Of a stretch of DNA of 64,000 bases, positions 1 to 10,951 are shown piece after piece. Both the position numbers and the translations under genes were made by a program. The stretch's first letter is position 1. The number at the start of each line of letters is the position of its first letter. This stretch comes from Pocillopora damicornis (lineage: Eukaryota), in the NCBI RefSeq assembly GCF_003704095.1, contig NW_020846655.1, forward strand, positions 372,001 through 436,000, read 5' to 3'. The notes under the pieces are model-generated. The model was given only the letters and a program-made list of their open reading frames with translations. It made no database searches and was not told where the DNA came from.

Positions 1-3
1 AGC

Positions 4-130
4 AACCTACCCTGCGCAATCTGCTCAGTGCGACTAACATATCCTGCGCAATTTGACTGCTGCGAGCAACATAACCTACGCAAACTGATGGTGTGAGTAA
101 CATAACCTGCGCAATCTGATTGGTGAGAAC
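4..130. repeat. Minisatellite, four ~31-32 bp units (consensus ~AACATAACCTGCGCAATCTGATTGGTGCGAGC)
   Basis: Four consecutive degenerate units read directly; the same array recurs at ~6293-6420. Confidence 0.75.
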
Positions 131-1224
131 AGCACTGCTCTCGATGACTTAGGTGTGATTATTATAATTTTCTTTGCCAAAGATATCTCAGTTAAATGAA
201 CGGCCTCCAGGAAGTTGACTGCGCATTCAGATTAAATTAAAAGCCACTGCTGGGCTAAGTGAAAAACATGGTCATGTTGGTATTCTTTTGTTCAAAACCT
301 CTCATATCCCCATAACCCATAAGCTTATCGTACAAGAACTTGTCGATGACTCAGTGAAATCCACGTCAGATCATATTGATTGATCAGATCATCATCTATT
401 TTCGAACTGTAAAAAAATATGACTGTAAGAAATGAACTAAAAGATAAACGACGAAATGTTGCTTTTCGGGAAATTAAGCTTCTCGGTATTGTCTGAAGCC
501 TCTAGTCATAAATTTCCAGAGCGAGTTGACGTTAGGTCTGTTAAAGGGCATAATAATTTGTTTCTTCAGTTGTAATTACGTTCAGAGCTCCCAAACGAGA
601 AAAATTTCTCATTTTGGCTCCTTGTCAGCGGTATGGTCGCCAGATAATGACATTATTTGTACTACAACTTGTAGATGCACTGCAATCTATGTTAGTCTGT
701 ACTGTTATATGATCTCAAAATGTAAAAAAGGGAAGAGAAACAGCCTCTCGGTGCAGTCTGACGTCTATTAGTAGACCTCTAGAGCGAGTAAACATATAGA
801 CGCAGATATCATCTACGAACCAAATAGAAAGTTTAAAATAGCTGAGCCAGTAAGCCCTGTCATTCGATAATAAACAGATTAAAGCAGGATAAATCTGTTT
901 TCAAGGCGGTCAGGGACTTAGGCGGCTCCTGGTCTGCACTTAACAGTATTTCATGCGTCTCGAATTTTATGGGAAAAATTCAAACTTCCTTTAATATTTC
1001 TTTTCAATAAAAGTTACATGTCATGTAGTAATTTTAAGTTTTAACACGCGTCGCGTCAAACCCTTTGCGACCTTCATCATTCCTTCAGAGCGTCGAACGT
1101 AGAAGAAAGTAGGTGAGTTTCTGTAGTAGTGTGGTAAGTCTTACGCAATCCATCTGCTTGCGTGACCTGACTCAATTGGAAAGCAATATATATCATGTAT
1201 TTAGTGTTTAGTGAATTGCACAAG

Positions 1225-4200
1225 ATGGCGGCTATTATTATATCGGTGTTTTTCGCTACTCTTTCCAGCTCTCTGGCTGCAAATATAGTCACGATTCCCA
1301 TGTTTGGGAAGAGCCATTACATGTTTGTCTCCCGTCTTGGTCAGGAACTGGCGGAGAGAGGTCATCAGGTATGCAAATTTGAAATGAGACTTAGAACATT
1401 CTAACTCAGCCTCTGGCAGTAAGCAACGTTAAGGCAGCTGAATGATATCTAGATACGAAACTTATCTAATCGTGTTTAGGCGAGGAGCATATTTCATAAA
1501 GAAAAGCAGAATATGAGAAGAATATAACGAGTTCATGGACTGCTTTCATGTCATTTGCTGACACAGCGACTTCCTCACCAACCTCGCCATGTAAAATAAT
1601 TAACTACAGTCCTTGTGAGCTTTTCGCTCGCACAAATGGGAAAAAGAGACCCGCATAGAAACATTTCCTGGACAAAGCACTGTTAGATTGAATTTATTCT
1701 TGAACTTTTCAGTTTTTAGCTATCTTCCAGTCTGGGCCACAAGGCTGATTTAATTTTGTTTACTTTACTGTGGTTTAATTAGAGGCCAAACGTGACATCA
1801 GTAACTGTTGAGGACACTAGCCAGAAGGCTCATTTTTATTTAATTGAGTATCAGAATAATCCTAATAGTAACAATGTTTATCTGGTTGTTTATATTTCTA
1901 TTGGTTTCGTAAAAGGTTTCTATTTGGTTTTTGTAAAAGCGAGTTTAGCGTCCCTGTAATCAGCTCTTCGTGAGTATTGAGTAGTCTTCGTGAACTTTCG
2001 TCTTTTCGTTTCCTAAACCTTTGGCACAAGCGGAACCGAAATTTTACGATCGATCGATCGATCGATTGATTGATTTTCGATTACTTGCAGGATTAAAAAT
2101 TCGTGTAAATGGTCAACTTTGGTCTGTTATTCTTCAATCTCGATCTGTAAAATAGCCCCCAAACACCTCGTTAACCGCCTCTTAGAGCGACACCGCTTAA
2201 AACCTTCTGAATTAGAATTTTCGTCGCCGCAAGTGCTACAATAACCTTAACACCCTTTATTTTTAACTAATCCTAAGCAAATAATGTACCCATCGTAAAT
2301 TTACTCAGACTAAGTAAGTACTGCTGTGACGAATTCTGAGCCGACTAATTTTTCACCGGACTATTGGTAATTTAGGAAATGCAATGCTAATGTTGAGGTA
2401 TTGTTTATTTTGTAAAGAGATTGTCCAAAGGAAGATTCACTCGCTAAGAGAACATGTGCACGAAACATTTGCACGGCTTGCGAGTTGCTATTACTGAGTT
2501 CAGCATCAAATCTTTGCTCTCATTCGGTCAATCTTGAAAACGATCATATACTGCTGAATCAGGCGGAAAGAATATAGCCTCGTCACTCTTGATCAATATC
2601 CGGAAGGATTACATTTTAACTTCATCTGAGATTTAATTACCCTTTTCCGATGCACACCAATATCTCCACTGGAGGTTCATTAATCCCCATGGCTTCTCAG
2701 CCGGGTGTCTTTTGGAGAGAGAAAGACTATTACAAACTTGTAAGAGAGGCACAGTAGGAGTGATTGTTTTTATTCCGAACTCTCGCACTTCTTTGGTTGA
2801 AAAAACTTCAATATTTTATAACCAACAAAGGTAGGTTTTCAGATACAGGTATATTTTGAAACAAAACAAACAGCCTACACTAAATCTAGAAACCATCAAA
2901 TGTATTACGAATTCTACGTTATACCCCTTGTGTATATCCCTTGTGCAAGTATTGCCGGATAAAGCCTAAAATACTTGTAAATATTTCCACAGGTAAAGAT
3001 ATATGTGGGAGAGACACAAACGTATGCTGTAAATAATTCACTTGTACGAGTCTTCAATGATGACAATTTTGCTCCAGTGTTGCGGTCAGCATCAACAAGT
3101 TCTCCAACCTTCAAATCGCTAAGCCCAAGACAAGAATGGCAAATGCTCCTAATGTTCCAATCCGTTTACTGTGATGACCTTTTTAGTAATACAGATGTCA
3201 TGGAAGAGATATCTCACGCAGACATCATTGTTGGTGAATTTATTTACCTCTGCTCAACTTTAATTGCGGACAAATTCTCACTTCCACTTGTTCTAATATC
3301 AGCTGCCACATTGGATATTCCCTCAGCATTCGCCTTCGGCTTACCTGCCCCTCCTTCCTACATACCACAGTATGGAGTTTCTCTTTCAGACAAGCTAACA
3401 TTTTCGGAAAGAGCATGGAGTCTTTTACAATGGATTATTCTATATGGATCTTACATTTACGATACGTGTCCGCCTTATGAGAAGATCAAGGCAAAGTACG
3501 CCATTACACCCAGCAAGAGCATACAAGAAACACTTGGCAGAGTTGACTTGATAATCGCACAGATGAATTTCTTGATAGATCATTCAAGGCCTCTTTATCC
3601 GAGTAAGTACCAACGCTCTTTAGAATGGGCATTTTTTTATTTTTTTAAAATTCCTATACCACGGTCACTATAAATCTGGAGACTACCTGCTTTTCGTGAG
3701 CCTCGCTCCCACTCGGCTGTACGACGAACTTAGCGACGAACTCCACGACAAACTTCGCGACGGACTTCGCCGAAAAGGAGGGAATGATCGTAGTCTTATG
3801 TAACTCGAGTACTTAAAATTTGCGGCGAGAGAGAAGGCTACTGCTAGTTGAACATTATTCCTAAATATTTTTATAACTGCAAATTAAGGTTTCAATGAAT
3901 TTGAGTGAAAAAAGGAAAGTTCACATCATGGAGATATTTGTCATCCTTTTAGGTGCAGGCCCTCACCAGCTGGGTTTTTGACTTTCTTAACTTCATTGAT
4001 CAGATGATCAAGGAATGAGCATTTAAGAACTTTAATTCTAGACTTTCTAGAGCCTACTGAAGAAAGTAATCCAACGGATAGGATGAGATTCTGGGCTTCG
4101 AGGGGACAAACAAGATTTATAACCAATCATCTTCCTTAATGTATATCGTGAGATCTTCATTTCATTCTAGATACACGGGTTGTGGGTCCATTCCTTGCTA

Positions 4201-5612
4201 GTCCAGCTAAATCTCTACCAAGCGAGATAGATCAGTTCTTTCAGAAGGCTGGGGACGAGGGCGTGATCTTGGTGTCGTTTGGTACCGTGGTTGGAGCGCT
4301 GAGTGATTCATCACTGAAAATTATGGCTGAAACTTTCTCCAAACTACCACAGAAGATTATATGGAAACTTAAGCCCAATGGTATGGTTGTCGGAAAAATC
4401 GTATGGTTGTCGGATCCATTAGTAATTCTCCTTACTGTCTGCCATACGCTTCTTCTGATGTTAGTTCCTGGAATCTGGTATTGAATCAACTAATATTTTC
4501 CCCTAAGTAATATTTTTCTTTATTCTCATCACTTGTCTGTTTGATATTATGTTTATTTAGTAAGGAGAAATTCTGTCTTGGTCGCCTATGGGAGTAAAAG
4601 GGTTAATAGAGAATTTGAATGAAAGAAACATCATATATCTGTAGTGCTGACAGTTCAAAGGGCGATTGACTTCTTGAAGTATTCATTAAAAAACAAGACA
4701 GACGTTCAATGTAAAATAATTATAACAAGAGAATAATCTTCTGCTTATAACTATCGTATTGGTGCTACAACCGTAATTAGCTTCTAATTGAAGTTACTTC
4801 CCACAAACAATATTGACAAAGAACATGACGATCAAACGAAGATAATATGACAGGGTACCTAGTGAAGATGACAGTATTTGCGTGTACATTTTTCGCATAA
4901 CTCTTACACAACGTCGCAATTCATTATCTTCTTTCTCAAATTTGCAGACATTTCAAAAATAACCGTTAGCGACAACATCAAACTGCTGCCATGGCTACCC
5001 CAGAATGACATTCTTGGCCACCCTAAGACACGGCTATTTATCGCACACGCAGGAATCAATGGAATGCTAGAATCAACCTACCATGGTGTTCCTATGATAT
5101 GTTCACCTTTCTTCGGAGATCAACCACACAACGCCCAGACCGCAAAGCGGGCCGGGTTTGCTGAGGTGGTGGACCTTGAAGCCACATCAACAGAGGAGTT
5201 TATTAATTTGATACAGAAGGTTTTAACAGATCCAAGGTTAGTATCACAGAACTTAAATACTTTTTCATCAGTTCTTGGAAACATTCCTTCAAACTGATAC
5301 AGATATTAACAGTTGCAATTTGATTCATTTAGCTACCGAGAGAAAGCAAAGCGAATATCAAAATCTGTTCAGCTGTTGCCACGTTCACCCGTCATGGAAG
5401 CCGCTGATTGGGTGGAATATACACAGGCTCAAGGTGATTTACAGTACCTAAGACCACGTGGCCTGGATCTGCCGCTTTATAAGCTCTTCCTTCTTGATGT
5501 TTTGTCCGTCGTGCTCTTAGTTTCATTTGTTGTTTTATTGGTCATCATTATCATGTTTACATCTGTAATACGGTGTTTATTAGGGTCCTCAAGGAAAGAG
5601 AAGGTAAACTAA
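1225..5612 (+). CDS. UDP-glucuronosyltransferase (UGT/GT1 family), copy 1; exons 1225-1368, 2993-3602, 4171-4380, 4948-5236, 5333-5612 (~510 aa)
   Basis: Signal peptide followed by GKSHY (catalytic His region). UGT signature WLPQNDILGHPKTRLFIAHAGINGMLESTYHGVPMICSPFFGDQ. C-terminal TM helix and KEKVN dilysine ER-retrieval motif. All introns are GT-AG with matching phases (0,1,1,2). Confidence 0.93.
3679..3796. mobile_element. Degenerate MITE-like repeat related to the 11963-12158 element
   Basis: Shares the 3' end CGGACTTCGCC(G/A)AAAA..AGGGA.TG.TC.TAGTCT with 12122-12158. Confidence 0.5.
4410..4606. mobile_element. Copy of the ~200-bp TTAACCCTT-terminal MITE-like family, in UGT intron 3
   Basis: Ends in AGGAGAAATTCTGTCTTGGTC...GGGAGTAAAAGGGTTAA, matching copies at 22613-22825, 58303-58346 and elsewhere. 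Confidence 0.65.
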
Positions 5613-6290
5613 AACGAGATCGAGTTAGGAATTCATTGTTATTTTGGTTTACATGGCGACTTCTGAAATATAGTTACAGGGCTAACGCTCAGAACGTCAG
5701 CTTTAGAAACTCTTTACGGTGCCCAGTTTAAATTAGCAACTCACTTTATGATACCAAATAATCTTGACATACCGAAGAGTCGAGAACGAATTCTTCGTTA
5801 TCCTTTACTCTCTTTGATGACTGTGTTGAAATAAATATGAAGAGGCAAAAAAAATGTTGAAATTGACCTTTACGTAAAATCTACAATATCACCGGTGCTC
5901 ATACACAGGGTCGTAGAAAACATCAATACATACTTGCCTATCGTCTTTTCTCATTGCATTTTGTATCTAAAGTAAAAATTTTGTGGTGTAACAGACATTG
6001 TTACTCGGTGAGCCCGCGGTGTCGAGTGTCGAACTTGTCATGATACTAGTAGCTAAGGATGACGCACTTGAAAAGAATCTCTGGTAAACATGTTCCGCTT
6101 TTTAGGCTGCTGAACGGGTATCTTAATAAACACGTCTTGGATTGAGTTATATTTGGGTTATGGAAGAAATTACGGGACTGCCAATCTATACCACAATAAC
6201 TTCGTCTGTTACATGCAGCATGCAGAACTCAGAAGTGTATCAAGGATGTGTAATGTCTGTTTTCCTATTCATAATAATCATAGACTGAGA

Positions 6291-6917
6291 GAAACCTACC
6301 CTGTGCAATCTGATTAGTGCGACTAACATATCCTGCGCAATCTGACTGCTGCGAGCAACATAACCTACGCAAACTGATTGGTACGAGTAATATAACCTGC
6401 CCAATCTGATTGGTGGGAGCAGCACTGCTCTCGACAACTTAGATGTGATTATCATAATTTTCTTTGCCAAAGATATCTCAATTAAATGAATGGCCCTCAG
6501 GATATTAACTGCTCATTCAGATCACTGAATTAAAAGCCACCGCCGGGCCAGGTGAAAAACGTGATCATGTTGGTATTCTTTTGTTCAAAGTCTGTCATAT
6601 CCCCCTAAGGTTATCGTACAAGAACTTGTCGATGAACTGAAGTCCACGTCAGATCATATTGTCATTTATTTTCGAACTGTAAAAAAATTAATATAAGAAA
6701 TGAACTAAAAGATGAACAATGAAACGTTTCTTTTCAGCCTCTCGATATCGTCTAAAGCCTACTGATAAATTTCAAGGGTGAGTTGACGTTAGGTCTGTCA
6801 AAGGGCATAATAATTTGTTTCGTCTGTTATAATTACGTTCAGAGCTCTCAAACGAGAAAAATTTCTCACATTGGCTCCTTGTCAGCGGTATGGTCGCCAG
6901 ATAATGACATTATTTGT
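6291..6917 (+). repeat. Segmental duplicate of window 1-660 (upstream region of the second UGT unit)
   Basis: Colinear similarity from AACCTACCCTG to GATAATGACATTATTTGTA, ending abruptly where the LINE begins. Confidence 0.9.
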
Positions 6918-7853
6918 ATTGTTATGTGATCTTAGTGATGCGGAGATGGGAACTCCCATCCACCGGCTCCCCAGGTTGCGAATAGGGGAACGGCCTCTAG
7001 ATATAGAAGTTAGCTGCCAATAACCAATTAGCAGTGCAGGACAAAATAACAGGTCGCCCTTTGGCAAGGCGAAACACATGTCAGCCAGGTAGGATGTTGG
7101 ATAGCAGAATGATCGAAATACTGAAACGTTGGTTCAAGCTTCTAGAGGCGAGGCGATTCACAACAACCAATGTTGATTGTTTTGGCTAGGCACAAACGTT
7201 CTGATACAGAGTACTACTCACACTTGTATGGAGTAGCGACCGCAAGTGTCAAACCAGTCCTTGAAAGTATGAAATGACACAAAACCCAAGGCGTTCATCC
7301 CGCATCGCTCGTCGCGCGCTCAACTAAGGAGCGCGTACTGTAATGACGTTTCAGGTTGCAGTCGAAATCAACTACTGAAACCAAAGCGACCAAAACAAAA
7401 AAAGTCAATTCCAGACTGATGAAGGGAAAGAAAGACATCTTCATTGCGACCTTTAATGTCCAAACACTCCAGAAAGAAAGAAAGATACCTGAACTAATCG
7501 CCTCAGCTGATTCTACAAAACATGACATCATCTGTATACAAGAACACAGATTAATTAGGAATTTGCAACAAAAGAACAGATCTTTAGCAGCTGGAAACTG
7601 ATCACCTGCTCTACATGGAAGAATACTGTGAATGCGGCCACTGGAGGAACCGGAATACTATTTAGCCCACAAGCCTACAATGCTCTTACCAGTGCTGAAA
7701 TGATAACATCTAGAATTATGATAGCTACCTTCAATGGAAATCCTCAGACCACTATTATCTCCTGCTACAGCCCCACCAACATAAGCGATGAAACAGAAGT
7801 CAAAAAGTTTTACCAGGAATTGATATCAGTTACCAAACAAGTTTCCAAACACA
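6918..7853 (+). mobile_element. 5' part of a non-LTR retrotransposon (RTE-like): 5' UTR plus frameshifted APE endonuclease; truncated
   Basis: APE motifs IFIATFNVQTL, DIICIQEHR, GGTGILFS and TIISCYSPTN are split between ORFs 7356-7601 and 7628-7954, which are in different frames. No reverse transcriptase is visible. Confidence 0.85.
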
Positions 7854-8573
7854 ATTTATCACATAAACTGCGGTGTTATACAGAGATTTCCGGCCCTGGG
7901 AAAAGTCGTAACAACACACGTGAAAAGATATCGTATTTTTTCCACGTGTGTTGATATAGCCAATCAGCTGCTGACACGTCACTCGCCTTTGGCGCCCTTC
8001 GGTCAGGTTGATGAATGAACGGCAAAGCCTTCACGATTCTCAATACAAGTTGTTTGTCGGAGGGTTCTCGAATTATGGTGGCTAAAGCACTAAAAAATCC
8101 GTATCGCTGACATACAGTGAGGTTCAAACTTTCCAAGAAGGGAAAGAAAACCAGTATACTAAAAGAAAAACCGAAAGTTACTTATTCAGTGGCTTTGGTG
8201 TTAGCATTTCTCTCGGCTGAGAATGAAAATCGACAATTGGAAGATTTGCCACTGGTCGATTTTGGCCGTTTACCTGAAAGACTTCTTCCATCGGTAAGGA
8301 TAGAGTTAGCCGGCGCCAACGCAGTCTACGATTGTTATTCGGGGATTGTCGATTCATTAACTTTCATTCATTAACGAGATCGGCTTTTCTTCTCAGTAAG
8401 AGCTCTTGTGTTTATATGATAAACAAAATAATACATGGTTGCTTGTAGATATGGAACTTCTCTTCTCGTGTTCAACTCGACATCCCACTCGTTAACTGCG
8501 CTCACTCGTGAGCTATCGATTTAAACACTCGAAGAGAAATTCCATATCTACGCGCACCCATGTATTATTCTCT
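7854..8573 (+). mobile_element. Non-autonomous element with a terminal hairpin and a decayed Crypton/DUF3504-like coding remnant
   Basis: It interrupts the LINE. The peptide LVLAFLSAENENRQLEDLPLVDFGRLPERLLPSVR resembles the N-terminal helices of Crypton-type tyrosine recombinases. A long imperfect palindrome lies at ~8427-8570. Confidence 0.45.
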
Positions 8574-8705
8574 NNNNNNNNNNNNNNNNNNNNNNNNNNN
8601 NNNNNNNNNNNNNNNNNNNNNNNNNNNNNNNNNNNNNNNNNNNNNNNNNNNNNNNNNNNNNNNNNNNNNNNNNGCAAGTCATGATCTTCTCTCTCAAATT
8701 TGCAG

Positions 8706-9370
8706 ACATTTCAAAAATCACCGTCAGCGACAACATCAAACTGTTGCCATGGCTACCCCAGAATGACATTCTTGGCCACCCTAAGACACGGCTATTTATC
8801 GCACACGCAGGAATCAATGGAATGCTAGAATCAACCTACCATGGTGTTCCTATGATATGTTCACCTTTCTTCGGAGATCAACCACACAACGCCCAGGCTG
8901 CAAAGCGGGCCGGGTTTGCTGAGGTGGTGGACCTTGAAGCCACATCAACAGAGGAGTTTGTTAATTTGATACAGAAGGTTTTAACAGATCCAAGGTTAGT
9001 ATCACAGAACTCAAATACTTTTTCATCAGTTCTTGGAAACATTCCTTCAAACTTTTACCGATAGTGACAGTGGCAATCTTATTCCTTTAGCTACCGAGAG
9101 AAAGCAAAGCGAATATCAAAATCTGTTCAGCTGTTGCCACGTTCACCCGTCAAGGAAGCCGCTGATTGGGTGGAATATACACAGGCTCAAGGTGGTTTAC
9201 AGTACCTAAGACCACGTGGCCTGGATCTGCCGCTTTATAAGCTCTTCCTTCTTGATGTTTGGTCCGTCGTGCTCTTAGTTTCAGTTGTTGTTTTATTGGT
9301 CATCATTATCATGTTTACATCTGTAATACGGTGTTTATCAGGGTCCTCAAGGAAAGAGAAGGTTAATTGA
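8706..9370 (+). CDS. UGT copy 2, only exons 4 (8706-8994) and 5 (9091-9370) visible; 5' exons in the gap or absent
   Basis: Near-identical to copy 1 exons 4-5 with the same lengths (289 and 280 nt), an open frame, intact splice sites and a RKEKVN* end. Confidence 0.85.
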
Positions 9371-9902
9371 AACAAGATCGAGTTAAGAATCGTTCGTTAT
9401 CCTTACTGGTAAACTACTTCTGAAGTATGGTGACAGTTTGTAGCCTCTTCCGAACTCTTCTCTTGAATAATTGAGACCGAGTTTCTTACTTGAGGTACGT
9501 TGATTTTCATCCAACTCTTAATTATCTTTCCACCACTGACAATTACGAGCATATTTAAAGAAGTTGACGAGGTTTCGAAAAGATCTGATTCAACAGTTCA
9601 GAACGAATTCTTTGTCATCGCTCACGCCATTTTGATGTAAACTGTGTTGAAATAAGTATTGTCAATGCATTGAGTAAAGGTTAAAAAGCGTTCACTAATT
9701 TGTTACATTTTATGGTGAGCCCGCGCTGTCGATTGTCAAAACTTGTGATAACTGTGGATGAAACACTTACTATAAGAAGAATCTCGGGCAATTATCTGCA
9801 CGCGTATCCAAAAGAATACTTCTTTCGTTGAATTATATCAATTTTATTTGGATACCTCATTCATCATAATTTCATTTTTTGATTCCTAACTCCAAAGCTT
9901 TA

Positions 9903-10264
9903 TTTACATGGTCTCGGGTTCCCAAAACAACCCTCCCCTTCAAGACAACTTTAAGCAGCGTTCATTTGGAAGTTGTGAGTGGTAACAGTTGTAGCCTCGC
10001 TATTCTCTCTGGTGACAGCTGGGCAGGTTATATATCAAATAAAATTTGAGCCGCCTCGTCTCGGGCAGGCGAGCCGAAGTGTTTAGATGGGAAAAGGATG
10101 ACCCGAGGCGGGACAACTCGCCATCCCGAGCTGTCTCGCCCCAGAGACGAGTTCACCATTTTCATTTAGACATTGGTTGAATATTTCAGAGAAATAAATG
10201 AAGAGATAGCTCGACCAGGGTAACTCGGGGGAAGGGTTGTCTGGGGTATTCAAGACCATATAAA
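9903..10264. mobile_element. MITE with ~35-bp imperfect terminal inverted repeats
   Basis: TTTACATGGTCTCGGGTTCCCAAAACAACCCTCCCC ... GGGGAAGGGTTGTCTGGGGTATTCAAGACCATATAAA. Confidence 0.7.
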
Positions 10265-10951
10265 TCACGTACCACAGTGAGGAGAACGTTAAGTTGTTCC
10301 ATCCGGTTTGACCGGTTTTAGAGTGATTTGGATTCAAATCTTAGTGAGTAAACACACCACCAGAATCCTAATTTCACCACATTTCGAGTTGCGTGAGTTG
10401 AGTGATAAAAAGACATTTGGAAAAATATAAAGCTTATTCTAAGTTAATTTACACTTGTATGTTTATTTTGAGCAAAGTCTAAAAAGACTTAAAAGATCAT
10501 GTTCTAAACCAAGAGTTACGAGTTACGCAAGTTTAGTCATAAAAAAAGGCATTTAGATGTGCACTCTGACTTAGTTAAATCCTGTAAGTTTAGTCTACGC
10601 TAAGTCTAAAAACGTTGAAAGAGCAGTTCCTGAATCAGGATGGGACTATTCAGCCTCGAGCTTTTAATTTAAATTTTACGAAATATGCACCTAAAGAATT
10701 TCAGTAGATTAGTTTTAACAACTCGTTTGATGGCGGTTTAAATGAGCTCTTTTTAAGTCACGAAATTTTCTAGGTCAAAACCAGGTTGACCAGCAACATG
10801 GGTGACCTCAATCCTACAGTTCCGCGAAAACGGTCGTTCTTCGCTAATGGATGAAAATCGAACTTAATCTTTACGGGATAACATCTCATTGTGACTCAGA
10901 TGCTGCTGAGTCATAATAAGATGCTGATGCTTTCCATTTCCGGTCACTAGT

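Noticed and set aside
4-130. CRISPR-like array of ~32-bp repeats
   Set aside because: The units are directly adjacent with no unique spacers, the context is eukaryotic and there are no cas genes; it is a minisatellite.
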